A DNA stretch of 62,319 nt, the filler included, from Choristocarpus tenellus KU-1152 (taxonomy: Eukaryota; Protista; Phaeophyceae), in assembly GCA_964200185.2 (NCBI GenBank). It is 10 parts of 10 records of this genome, joined end to end, with 100 filler letters (N's around TTAATTAATTAA, not from the genome) between each part and the next. Parts side by side here need not be neighbours in the genome. Positions count along the whole stretch, not along the records: positions 46,970 to 50,199 come from CAXNAD020021391.1; positions 50,300 to 53,775 come from CAXNAD020019780.1; positions 53,876 to 62,319 come from CAXNAD020004703.1; 7 more parts are not named here. One strand, 5' to 3'. The translations under genes were made by a program, and so were the position numbers. This document shows positions 50,097-62,319 of the stretch, piece by piece. Numbering within the stretch: the first letter of the stretch is position 1; each line of letters starts with the position of its first letter. The notes beneath the pieces are model-generated. The model was given only the letters and a program-made list of their open reading frames with translations. It had not been told where the DNA came from and searched no databases.

Positions 50097-50199
50097 GCCA
50101 CACCTTGTCACATGGAAGTGGCCACACCTTGTCACATGGAAGTGGCCACACCTTGTCACATGGAAGTGGCCACACCTTGTCACATGGAAGTGGCCACAC
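50097..50199. repeat. 24-bp minisatellite GCCACACCTTGTCACATGGAAGTG, 4 or more copies running into gap
   Basis: Seen directly. Confidence 0.92.
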
Positions 50200-50385
50200 N
50201 NNNNNNNNNNNNNNNNNNNNNNNNNNNNNNNNNNNNNNNNNNNTTAATTAATTAANNNNNNNNNNNNNNNNNNNNNNNNNNNNNNNNNNNNNNNNNNNNG
50301 ATGCGCTGTTTCGCCTCTGGGTTATTGGGTTTACTAATATATGTTTTAGGCGGCGCCGGGGATAAATATAAAAAAAAAAAAAAAA

Positions 50386-50418
<33 letters not shown>

Positions 50419-52149
50419 GGTTAAACCCCCAAAACCATAATCCCAACCCTTACAATATATATATATACATGCATCCAAGAACAGGGTAAAACCCTGCTGG
50501 AATATTCAGCTATAATATTTTTTTCTTATTTTGTTGTAAAAAAATGAAGACAGGTTTCTACTCTCAACATGGACAGATCACTCTCATTCTCTGATTACAC
50601 CCCTTCTTTTCTTACTCTGCCCGTAACCTATGAATCTATTCTGTTTCACTCTTGTTCTGCCACCCTTCCCCTCCTCCTCCCCCCTGTCTTCCTCCTTCGA
50701 TGACCCTATTCCACCAAGGGATGTACCTTACGTTGTCAAGAGGTGTACCTCACTATGTCGCAATATATCTCTATATAGAGATAGATAAACAGGGTTGCAA
50801 AGAGATAGCTGTACATACAGCAAGCCCAAGACGCTATTACCATGACCCACAGGGGAGCAAAAACAACAAGGCCCTGAACATGAACCTGATTCGTCCCAAC
50901 AGCAAGCAGATTGCAAGCTATAACTCCTCCACGATCCTGACCCTGCATGTTTCAAATGAGGTACTGTTAAGGATGTTCTGGACACTTTATGTCAATGTGT
51001 GCCCAATCTTTATGGCAAGATCAGGGTACCAAGTCTACTTCACCAGCCAATCCCCCTCAATCCACGTAGATCACCCCAAACAGGATACCGCACACATAAC
51101 TAACATATAGCAGAAGTAAAACTAGAGCTCCATACTTGGTCAGCGTGAAAATATCCGAAGAATCATACTCAGATACACACATAGGTGAATATATACATAT
51201 ATACACATACGTATGTATGTACAGGTGTATGAACTAGTGCAAATATTATGGAGCACCACTTGATTCCCTTAAGGGATTTGTTTGCATGTGCTTCCAATTT
51301 ATACTTCAAGCATATCCAAAAATGCTTACAACTATCAACTGAGATACCAGTGGGGGGGGGCAGCTTCACCATGATACACACCACAAGTACCTGTCATAGC
51401 AGAGAGTCCTCCCACTGCTCAGCAAAGTCTCTCAGAAAAACTAACTCTCTGTTCACGCACCTTCCCCTGTTCTCTCCTCCCACCAGAAAAAAAAAGGTTT
51501 GATTTCTTCACAGGGTTGGGTCCATTACATTGCATAGGCACCATTATAATAGTAACAGAATACATGTTCAAGAGCATGTATATACAGAGAAAGACAAAAC
51601 GCATATGCTTATGAGTGCTTTGTTATACGCACATACTCAAGGCACACATAGATGTGCCTATGTATATATATGTAGGTATTTCAGACATTAGAGTATACAT
51701 TAGGATTATTTAGACAAGTATGGGGTTTGCAGGTAGTGTATGCATTCATTGGTGACACAAGTGTGACCTAAGAACTAATTACTAGAAGGCGTTGGTGGCA
51801 GTACAAAAAAAAACATTTGAGATATTCAAGGATCAAAGGTTTCTCAGTTTCCAGCTCTCTTACATTACCAAATCCAAAAACAATCACATCGACCCTTGTT
51901 CAATTGGAATTTGGGAATTAAAAATATGAGAGGAATTGACTTTTGATCCTAACAGGGTCGCATGATGACCATGGTGAAAAAACAACGAAAAAAATGGTTT
52001 CAACTGGAAGCGAACCTTACGGGCAACAGTACTTTCAAAAGTATTGTGCTTTCATTGTCTTTGTTCCGCCACTTGAAATGAAGGGCATGGGTACCTGGAA
52101 ACGTATGGAACAGATGCTGGATATATCACCTCCTCCGCAAGAACATACA

Positions 52150-53460
52150 GGAAGTAAAGTAGTACTTTTTTTTAGGTTTTCTAACAACTCGTGCAATCGA
52201 TTCTCTCTGCATATACATCCCTCAACTCTCCATAGGTTAGATTTGTGTAGAGGCGGTATGTCTGTAAACTGCATAAAATCGAGCCAGACATATAAAAGAG
52301 GAACTCGCGCAAGAGAAACAGATCCGACTCCACCAAAGGGTCCCTTGCACAGACTATACACATGAAATATCAAAATCTACCTGCATTGTGGTGTACTCTT
52401 CAATACCTATCGATAAGTCTTCAATACCTATCGGCAAGCCCCAACCTAGTTGAGAGTAGTGCTTGCCACTTAGCATCTGGCACTGTCATACCAACCCCAG
52501 TACAAGGTTGCTCTCACCTAACTCACCACTCAATATCCCTCGCGATGAGCTCTGGAGTAACCCCAGAGCTGAAAGCCCCAGATGCCCAGGTATTAAAACC
52601 GAGAATAGGGAGCTACCAATGATCGTCAGACCAAACGGTTGGTTGAAGCGGAGGTCGGTGTAGATGTACTGCACCAGTACACTGGAAGCTGACCAAATAA
52701 AGGCGGTCTGAATTTCAGTGGGGCGGTATCGGTGGGGGGCTCAGGAGAGTTGAAAAAATATTACGCATCAAGATGATCGGCGAACAGAAGTCATCAAGCA
52801 CTCTGTCAAAACTTCTGGACGAAACCTTATCTCTCTTTAGTTCCAGTCTCATACAGATAACACACCAGAGTCATACAACCGAGATTGGTCTTACAAAAGT
52901 CGTAATGCCACTGCTTCCCACAGTATTTCTACTTCAACTCTTTGCACGCCGTCCCCAACACAAGTGCAGCACAATTCAAACGACCTCTACTCCTTTTTCC
53001 TTGATCCTTGCTAATCTTACCAGGACAATGAGCACGATACCTAGTGTCCAACCCCTAATTTTCTCCTTTTTTTCTGTCTCCAAATCCTCGTAACCATCGC
53101 CTCGTTCCGCGAGGGATTTCCAGTGTTGCATCGTCTTAGAAAAAGGGGAAGCAACAGTTGCAATGGGCACTGCTCATGCACTTTCGAAATAGTGGAGATA
53201 CTTAGATATCTCTCTCTTACGGGTTGAGAGAATCGAAGGTGTATGCTAACCAAGGCACGTATATGTTGCCGCAACAAGCTCACCGACTCCAACCTGACAC
53301 GACAACAGTAGTCCTTGACTGTCCACAAATCAAAATCAAATCATCAGTCAGTGATAACAAACATATACTTGTACTTGGAAGTAAGGGTATAATATATACC
53401 GAAGGAAGTTGTAGTGAACCTTCTTGGACTCTGTAGTACTGGGTATGATTGGAGACACCT
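52150..53460 (-). mobile_element. Decayed non-LTR retrotransposon (RT relic)
   Basis: RVQEGSLQLPSVY...SLTDDLILI resembles RT motifs QG.PLSP / YADD; downstream GMTVPDAKWQALLSTRLGL resembles the post-RT ..RLGL motif of RLE-bearing elements; many stops. Confidence 0.45.
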
Positions 53461-53875
53461 CACGGTGTTCCTTCCTGACTTGTTAAGTTCAAACGAGGAA
53501 TAGGGGTCAATTAATTAATTATCTTTCCATATTTTCAATCATTTGAGTTTTGTACGTACATGAAAAAATATCATTACATGAATGATATACTCAATAATAA
53601 AAAATATACTCAACCTAAAGATACATGCTCTTTATACCGTGTGCTGTACACCTTACTTCTACAGACCGAAGTAGCCTTTCTAACAGGGATTTCTCAAAAT
53701 TGTGGATGGTGCAGGACTGAGGATGGTTGTTTTGCGAAAACGGTCTTAAAAAAGTACCCTGAGGTTTTTTTTTTCNNNNNNNNNNNNNNNNNNNNNNNNN
53801 NNNNNNNNNNNNNNNNNNNTTAATTAATTAANNNNNNNNNNNNNNNNNNNNNNNNNNNNNNNNNNNNNNNNNNNN

Positions 53876-53896
53876 CCGCCCCAGGTACTTTGAGCC
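53876..53896. mobile_element. MITE family B terminus at contig start
   Basis: CCCCAGGTACTTTGAGCC. Confidence 0.5.
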
Positions 53897-55377
53897 GATG
53901 GTGTGAGTAACGTGTCTGTATCATACTTCCGATCGAGTCACATAGGCACAGTGATCAGGGGTCCAGACCAAACCTTTCCCTTTTTTTCCGTCATAGAGGG
54001 AAAGGCATAATAACTGTAGGTGTGCAGGTCCAAACGCATCCTTGAACACAGCCTTAGACATGACCAGTTAAATGAGAGGAGGTGAGAGTAGGACATGGAT
54101 TCTATGTTGTTATCTGTTTGAGGTTGGAGCAGAATCGAGGATAGACCCATACCCCCTATTTTCAGCCTTTGAAAACTTGACGGGGAACTAGCGACTGAAA
54201 TCGAAATATGCTTTTTTACCTGTCCTCACCTCAGGTAATTCGATGTGAGGCATGAGGTAAATGCAGCAGTGAAAATGAACCTCAAAATTGGTGTCTCACC
54301 AGGAATGGGTGAATCTACGTCTCCACAATATAATACATTGAGTGACCAAAATACTTCACAATTTACAGTTCTAGGACTACAATTTGCACAAGTACTAGTA
54401 TGCTGAAGTGCCTTGTAGTACTATAATTATGCTAAGTATATATTTGCAATTATATGGAGGGTTTAGTTGAAAACTCAATATAGCACTTGCATTATATACT
54501 CTTCATTATTTCAATTTTGTATAATTGTGGAAAGCAGGGCTGTCTGTTATCAAACCGCCACTTTCATAAGCCATTTACTATTAACATTGAGTGAGGTTCC
54601 TTGTCAGGTTCCTCGTCAGGAATCCCGGATGCAAATGGAGGATCTTTTGTGAGATTGCGGCATGGAATCTTTTCATGAGACCAAACCCACAAGTAGTGGA
54701 TATCTCTTCGATCACAGATGCCAAATATCAAAGATTATCTTCTTTGTTGCCACGTTTTGACATTCTGATATCCCCTCTCATGGCATCCTCCTCACTCTGC
54801 AGTACCGCCCAGTACTCTGGAACTCCCTGCATTTGTCTACAGTATTTGCACTTGTCCAACCTTAACCTTGTCCTCTCGGTTACGGTTCGTCTTAGTCCGT
54901 GTGGTCCGTCTCGCCCAGTGATTCTCTTCACCACCCTTCCCTGAGTGAACCTCACCGCCACATTATCATATGGTTCACATCATGCACTAATGTGTGGTGT
55001 GTGAATTGTTTGAAACCTCGTCTTTAACCACAACACAACGTGAGCATGGACATTCGAAGGATCTGATGTTAGAGTCAGGTGTAGACCCCAACCAACCAGA
55101 CTCAACCTGTACTTCCAAAACTCAGTACTTGAACTTGTACAATGTCCAGATAGTACCACAATATTTGGTACCATGAAGTTCCCTCCTCTACTACGAACCT
55201 ACAACAAAAATATACGAACTACTGTAGTACTGTGGTACACGGTACACGCAGTTGTACTTGTACCGTACCTTTCAGATCTTGTGTTGAACAAGGGCTCGAC
55301 TTGTGTATCATAGAAAAGAGTAGGAGAAGGAAGAGTCACATTACCACATCGTCTCAAGAGTACCCTTCAAAGCGGAG

Positions 55378-58300
55378 ATGTCTAAAAGGAAATCTCTGAA
55401 TGGTGGGGGAAACCGAGGTGGAGGACGAGGGGGAAGGCGGCGGGTGCGCTTCCAGAGGCCGAACGAAGAGGAGGAAGAGGGTGAGTTTTAGGGGACTTGT
55501 GGTCACACCAATTTTGTTTGGAGGATAACGGCTCTTTGGGTGGAGGGATTGCATTTTCCCCCCACGTTCAGGGGTTGAGTAGGCAAGTTGTGGGAGCGTT
55601 GGCAATGTGTAAGACATTCAGACTGCGTGAAGAGAAGTACTATCTTTCTAGCCTGAAAGTGATGTCTGAGAAAGGGGATGAGGTTGCTTCTATAGTAGCG
55701 TGTCCCAACAGCCTCAAATTTTGTGTGCACCAAATGCAGAAGACTTTGACCATCGAACTATGCTCCTGATATCCGCATCTCCTCAACACAAGAAACGTTT
55801 GCCTCGTATGCCTAACCGCCTATCGACATATCACGTGTTGGGATATCCAAATCCATGAATCAAGATTCAGACGTAGGAACCCCAGCGCGTATCGGAGGAG
55901 GCAACGAAGACGAAGATGAGGATGATGACGTTGGTATTCCTGGCTCCCGCAGGGCAGGCAAGAGTAGTAGTGGTGGTGGTGCTTTGGGTGGTGGTTTCGA
56001 AGACGATGACGAAGATGACGATGCTAATGTTGAGCGGATGGTGTCAAACGTGGAAGGAGAAGAGGAGGAGGAGCCAGAGTACGAAAAGGTGGGAGAAAGA
56101 AAGGCGGTTTTAAGCGGGAAAATGATTGCAATGTGGCACTTTAGCGAACCAAGTCGCCCTGAACGTTTGAAGGGGAAGTCAATGCACTTGCCAATCGACC
56201 GTCTACATTCCTTCGCGCTAGCATCTCCTGATATTCCAGTTGGATGTCCATTATGGAAGAGCTGAGGTGATCTGACCTCGAGAAGCTTTGTTGCGATATG
56301 CAACTAGCAGAAACTGTCACGGCATACCACTGTTTTAGATGTAAATTTCCTTATTTTAATTGGAGGTCACAAATGCCCTGTTCTTTGTGGAATCCCTTGC
56401 TTATTGCCTTATCATTCACTACTTGTATACTCATCTCGCAATCACCTTACTCACCTGCGGAATTGGGCAGAGCCATGTCACGTTGATTGGCACAATGTAG
56501 AGTGGTCATGTCCACACTATCTAACTATATTGTACACCAGCACAGGTATCTTTCCTGATCTAGTGTTGTTGCTCCCAACCCATGATTGCAATATCGGTGA
56601 GGCCTGAGGTTTCTCACGAGAATATGCCCCTATGACTGTTCATGCTTTTAAAGCGCAGCATGTCCCTCTGTGATAATACACCCTGTGTTGTGGCTCTTTG
56701 TGGCAAAGATGGTGCACTTTCAATTGGTTCAGTACAGGTGCTTGTATTTTGTACTTGTAGGCCTCCACTGTAGCATGCCTGGAGCTTTTTGGAAATTGCT
56801 CTTGAAGCAATCTGCATGGAGTGTAAGAATAGGAAGAGATAACCTATGGGTCTAACCCAATGAATTATACCAAAGTATGGTAAGTGTATTTTTGTTATGT
56901 GTGATATTGATATCCTGCAAGTACTGCCCTACTTGTCCTCAACTTTTACTGGTGTGCTACTAGTAATAACTGGTTGTTAAGTTATTTGGTGCATGTGGTT
57001 GGCATGATGCTTGTCTTTTTCCTTTCATATTTTCAATATGTGACAGCCACACAGAAGTCTTGCTCTTTGTTGTGGTCTCAAGTCAGACTCATGGTTTCTG
57101 ACATGCTGCATGTTGTTCACTTGTATCACTGCTCTTAGGTTTGTTAGTCTGCCTCAGAAGTGTAATGATTAAACACAGATCAGCAAGGTCATAGTCACGG
57201 CTCTGCTGCATTGCACTCCACATCAATGGTTCATTTTCCCAAACCGGCACTTACATTGCTTGTTGCTAGTCAAGCAGTGCATTTCTTCCAATTTATCCAC
57301 AGTGAAAAAACATAATTTCTCACAAGCATCACTTGGTTCTGTTGATCCGTTTTGCAGTATCACCTTCTTTACAGTATGGTCGTGACACTACACCCTCAGG
57401 ACACTCCAACATGCCATGCTGAACATTTTGTTATTGTTTTCTCACATTTCACATTTCCCTTTGTTGGTACAATAATAATCGCATCATGACATGATTCTGT
57501 TGGCAAAAATCTCGCGCTGGAAAAGTTGTTGGTGTTTGCTCATGATGTGATGGGATGTGTGTGGAAAATTCCTCTTCTTCTGCTCATATATTGCTCCAAG
57601 TATCTTCTGGTTGTGCTGACTGTGCTGTACAATGATTTTGTATGTCTTGCCTGTATGTCTTGCCTTGAAGCACAACGAGGCCGGGGACCCAGTAGAACCT
57701 TTCAACCTAAGAACAGAGCGAGACTTGGGGTACTTTGATACCAATGGAAACTTTGTGTGGAAGGTGGGTGACAAGTACTAGCACTAGAAGTCATTAAAGT
57801 TTAAAAGAGTTTAGTTTAGTTTGTTGTGAAATGTCTGAAACACCACCTGTGGGAGCACAAGTATTTTCAGTGGGGACAGCTAGCTAATACATTGCATGGA
57901 TCTGTCAATGCAGAATATGGGACTGGCGTACCTTGCATGAGAGACTGCACATGATATCTCTACTGTATATTCAAGGCCATGTGCTTAGAGATGCAGTAGT
58001 GCACACTGTGGTATACCTTTCTGTGTCATATTGTATTGGATCTTTTTTGCTGTATTATATTGTTCTTGTATTTTCCTGATGGTCCTGATTCTCCCCCAAG
58101 ATTCCCTCATTGACAGGGCCCCAATTCAAATGGCGTTCCTACTAATGATAACATCCACTCCACTGAATGTTTCAGAAACAAAACGAGGAGCCAGATGCAT
58201 GGCTAGCTGAGATGGATGAAGGTGCCATGGAGGAAGCCATCGGAGCTGCTAGTAAGAGGTGTGAACATAGCTTTTGGCACCTGTTCCTTTTCTTAGGTAT

Positions 58301-61300
58301 GGCCGATTCCGAGTTGTATCTTAACGTTGCACGTTGTTGTATTAGGGTTAGGGTTAGTTGTTGTATTAGTTGTTGATATCGAGATTGCAGGTGACATTTG
58401 CTGACATTGTCCTACTTTCAAGCAAGACTTTGTGTTTTACTCTGAGGAATTAGCAGGGAAGACCCATTTCTCCCACCCCATTTGACTCCACGTTGTAATT
58501 GCTACCCCAGCAGAGATATGTGATGTTTTGGATTTCTGAGGTACAGTCAGCAACAATGTAATGGGATATTGGGCTAATAGTGTTTGTTCAGGCACTCAGC
58601 AGTTGTAGAGTTTGTTCAGTTGGCACAGTGTAAGAAGACAGTCTGTCTCTCTTTAAGGTGGTGACACACTCTTGGGTTGAAGGGCATGAGTTCAGTGCTT
58701 GTCTCTACACTTGCAGATGCTGGTGATGCTTACTGGTGCTTGTTAGTGATTGCTTGTTAGTGATATTATTTGAGTGTATCTGTATCTGTTGCAAAAAGGT
58801 CTGTGTGATTGATGCTATAGTTTCTGACTCTTTTGACCAGGTGCATCTTGCAGCCTTGCTCTTTGGATCCACTCCTGTGACCAAATCAACATGGTCCTTA
58901 TGCTGAAGACCATTCAAAACTGTGATTTAAACTGTGATTTCGTGTGAAACCTGGGTGTAACTGCCACAAAACTCTGATGATTATATTTTATTTGATACAC
59001 CCCACTTTCTCACTTGCCACTGATTTTCTTTTCTGTTTGAAGGGCGACTGCAAATGACCTTGTTGCAGCTAATCCAGACCCTCTATCTCTGATGGGAATT
59101 GGAGAACTGAGAGATGCCTTGTTGGTATTGCTCCAGCCTGGGGAGAGTGTGATCAAGGCTCTACAGAGGCTAGGGGGGAAGAAAAGTGAAGGGGGAGGAG
59201 GACAAGGATGGAACAAGGGACACCGTAGTTGGTGAGAGTATTGTTGGGAAGGTTGGACAGGAAACAAATCATACATACAGAAACATTGGGGGTATGATTT
59301 TAATAGCAATTTTGATTTACTGCCAATACCTCAAACTTAACAGTCAATGCTGGGATGGATGTATAGTTATGTGCTTCCTCTGTTAGGCATCAGCTTCAGC
59401 AGTTTTGTGGGGTAAGCTATATGTTCAAACTGCTTGAACTGATGGTGAACATAAGAAGTATGTGGGTAGTCTGGTTGTATGTCTGTGTGCGGGGAAGGAA
59501 GCAGGCGGATTTATTTAATCAAATTGATTTGTTCAAATATATATTTTTTATTCTTTCAATGCGCTTTTCGATGCACTTACTGCACCAGGTGGATTAATGA
59601 CATAATGATTTTATTGGAGTAAAATATTAAAATTATTTCGATGACATCAAATTATCCACTTGTAGTACAAAGCAGCTGATACAAACAGTAGTACAAAGCC
59701 ACTACTTCCCCCTGTTCCCATGTTCCCCTCACACTATGTTTTTTCTTATTTTATATTTTTATGCATGGTTTGATTAGGTAGGTATATGCTCTGGCTCGAA
59801 GTATGCAAGATATGTAATGAGGATCCCAAGACAAGAGTGTTTTATTGTACAATGACATGCATCTAATGACATGCCTCAAATTATAGGGGGAAAAAAAAAA
59901 CTCAAGCAACTAAGGCAGGGGCCGGGGAAGCTCAGTCCAATGGGGTAGGGGATACTAAAGAGGGTGTTACTCAAGATGGAGGGAGTAACAGTGGGGGTGG
60001 AAGAGAAGGGGCGAGTCAAGGTGAAAGCAATGGTGGTGAGGTGCAGGGGCAAGAGAGTGGGGATGGAAAAGAAGGGACTGGGGGACAGAAGGAGGCATTT
60101 GAGCGTGTGACAGATCTGGCAGATGCACTCCTCCAGGCAGGACAACATGATGTATATCAGCAGACTAGGGAGGACTTCGAGGAGAGTGCTAATGCTGCCA
60201 GGGAGGCGGATATTGCACTGGGGGCAGGTGGGTTAAAGAGTGGAGGTGGAGGCTGGTACAGTACACAAGAGTGAGATTTGTCTAGAACTACTCCTCAACA
60301 ACATGAGTGTGGAGGGGAAATTGCGCTAGAGATATTGGGGTGTTTGCTGTGGGGAAGGGAACTCTTTGGGGGGGGGGAAACAGTTGCCATGTGATTCATC
60401 CTTGGTTAGGGATATAAGATCTTTCAAACATTTCAATTGAGGTATGCCTTAATTGAGTTAATACTGCAGTACTCAGCCTGGCACCAATGACTTTGTAGTT
60501 TTTCTTACTAGTGCTGTATTAGGGTATAGAGCTGTTCTGTTCAACAATGCAGCAGCACATTGTCCCCAAGGTGTGGTAAGATATACTAGGAGATACACCT
60601 TGCAATGTCATTGTTTACCTTTCCAATCCCTTGCCATAATTTACCCAATTATTGTTGGTTTGGTAGATCAACCATTGCATCTGGTTTTGTAATGTATTGG
60701 TACCAAGTAAGTGTGCGGCATAGAGCTAACTATGTGATGTTTTCTGGAGTATGCGATGTATGCATGCTTTGCCTTGTATTCATAGTATGAGGAGTGTCAT
60801 AATGGACTCTTGAGATACTCATCACCTTTGCATGTTGGGACACTCAATTCCTGCATATTTTTGCAAAAGCTTGTCTGCTCCATCCTGTTTGTGAAGGTTT
60901 GCAATGTACTAAGTATATTGTGTCCTTTCAAGCAGGGCCCTATTTCAGCAGTGCGCACAGTGGCACTGGAGGAGAACAGACTGGATTGTGGGGAGGAGGG
61001 AGAGACGGTGAAGGGGCAGGGGAAAGAGGGTCAATGGAGGACTCTGTGATGTTTGAGTACCGAGGAATCGATGGAAACATCCATGGTCCATTTGGCATGG
61101 AACAGATGCACGCCTGGACAAAAGCGGCGAGTTGTGGAGAGCGGTTATATAAAGACTTCAGAGGACTTACCACACAAAAGTACTGTGCTTAACAAATGAT
61201 AATGATTCCTACTCTACTTCACACAGGCATCACTCCTTTGTGTATTTAGTGTTACACAAACCAGGACAAAGAAAGTTTTTCGTTATTTTTTTTAACGGCT

Positions 61301-61942
61301 TTGGCACCACCTTCTCAAAATTTGAAATGTGTTATAATTGCATGATGATGTGTGTCATAGCCTAGTCTTGAGTTTTGCCAGTTATTGTTGAAAATAGTTC
61401 ATTTTATTGCTGTGACTACCCTTGCATTTTGTTTTACTTTTTTACTGCTGTGAGGAGTTGGGTGTTGATTTCCCCTCCCTGCACGCCTTACCATGGTGTT
61501 AGTATTTTTCCCATGCTATCACTCAAAATTCAGTATCTTCTGGGAAGGTTACACAACAAGATGTTCTGCTGCAGTAGGGGCCGTGTTGGAGGTGCGCATT
61601 GGTCTCATGGCATTGATCGATGCTTACTGGTGTGGGGTACATTGACTTCTGTGACTTGCTCTCTCCAGAAATGTTGCAAGGCTTCTGTGTTGGATCTTTG
61701 TTCATCTACTTTGTGTTTCACCCACTAGTAGAGCTCTTATACCTGACAGCCCAGTCTCTCTTGAGCAAGGCAACTTCTTCGCTGCTTTCCTCCCCTGCTC
61801 ACCGTCTCTACTACGTGTGCTTTTAATTTAACATTTTTTAATATTGAAATGAACATTGTGTATTCAGGGATACTTTGATGGAGATCAGGCAGTCATGATG
61901 CGCCAAATTGGAGGTTTAAAGGGAAAGGAACACCAAGATTCG
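55378..61942 (+). CDS. CD2BP2: CD2BP2/LIN1/Snu40-like GYF-domain U5 snRNP protein (3' end probably beyond window)
   Basis: Exons 55378-55480, 55865-56088, 57671-57763, 58176-58258, 59043-59231, 59887-60227, 60936-61126 (GC donor) and 61868-61942 are in phase. Motifs: RRVRF, VEPFNL..ERDLGYFDTNGNF, DAWL, LQPGESVIKALQRLG, VTDLADALL....DVYQQTRE and IHGPFGMEQMHAWTKAGYF. Confidence 0.9.
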
Positions 61943-62276
61943 GTGGGTTTTAGGCATGTACTTTGTAGCTTTATGTGTAGGGGATGATATGCCCAGCACT
62001 GCTTTGAAGGTTGCTCAGATCTGCATAGTGTGCAGTAAGGTTACAGTATGCCTATGTTCAGTGTTGTAGTCGTTCCAATGGTTAAGGTATCAGGGTGATC
62101 ATGCTGAGGGGTGGTGAAGATATACTGCAGGTGCCAGTAGAAGGTTAGCACTTGTGAACCAAGCCACCTTACTCACTCAAACTAGATGGTGCCAACTTGA
62201 GGGGTGTAATAGGTTAAGTCATATTGCAGGACGAGATGTACATAGACCATACAAAATGGGTTATCTTTCTCTTAAC

Positions 62277-62319
62277 TGTTACAGGCGCCCCTCAGAGCTC
62301 AGCTCCACAGGATGTATAG
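62277..62319 (+). mobile_element. 5' end of an LTR of the same family as the solo LTR at 16070
   Basis: TGTTACAGGCGCCCCTCAGAGCTCAGCTCCACAGGATGTATAG is near-identical to 16070-16113 and has the canonical TG start. Confidence 0.75.

Noticed and set aside
8494-53875. Recurrent TTAATTAATTAA palindrome as a biological motif
   Set aside because: It is always centred in a 100-nt N block, so it is an assembly spacer.
54590-54961. Divergent gene head-to-head with CD2BP2
   Set aside because: Short ORF with no recognisable motif and no convincing exon chain.
62285-62319. Final CD2BP2 exon after TTACAG
   Set aside because: The sequence is near-identical to the solo LTR at 16070, so it is better explained as an LTR start.

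Overview
Intron-rich, repeat-rich eukaryotic nuclear DNA, most likely a photosynthetic stramenopile (brown alga or close relative). The evidence is GT-AG introns, bipartite signal-plus-transit leaders (e.g. GSA|FLAP) and TTAGGG repeats. The window is ten contigs joined by nine identical 100-nt spacers (N44-TTAATTAATTAA-N44), so adjacency across spacers is not evidence of linkage. Manual splicing gave two complete genes: a nucleus-encoded, plastid-targeted uS15, and a single-domain Fluc/CrcB fluoride channel with an N-terminal signal peptide. It also gave a near-complete CD2BP2/LIN1 GYF protein and fragments of a HugZ/PNPOx-like split-barrel protein, a PAP-fibrillin, a probable myosin/MyTH4-type tail and several unknown proteins. 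Mobile DNA includes related ~180-540 bp MITE families with similar GAGYSAAAGT termini and 3-bp NNT target duplications (PIF/Harbinger-like). There is also a decayed Copia element carrying a nested solo LTR and a MITE, a Tc1/mariner-like transposase relic and a non-LTR RT relic. The most notable items are the single-domain signal-peptide Fluc, the palindrome-bearing MITE families and an intronic minisatellite made of splice-site-like motifs. No CRISPR array, rRNA or intact tRNA was seen. All family assignments come from motif recognition by eye, not database searches.
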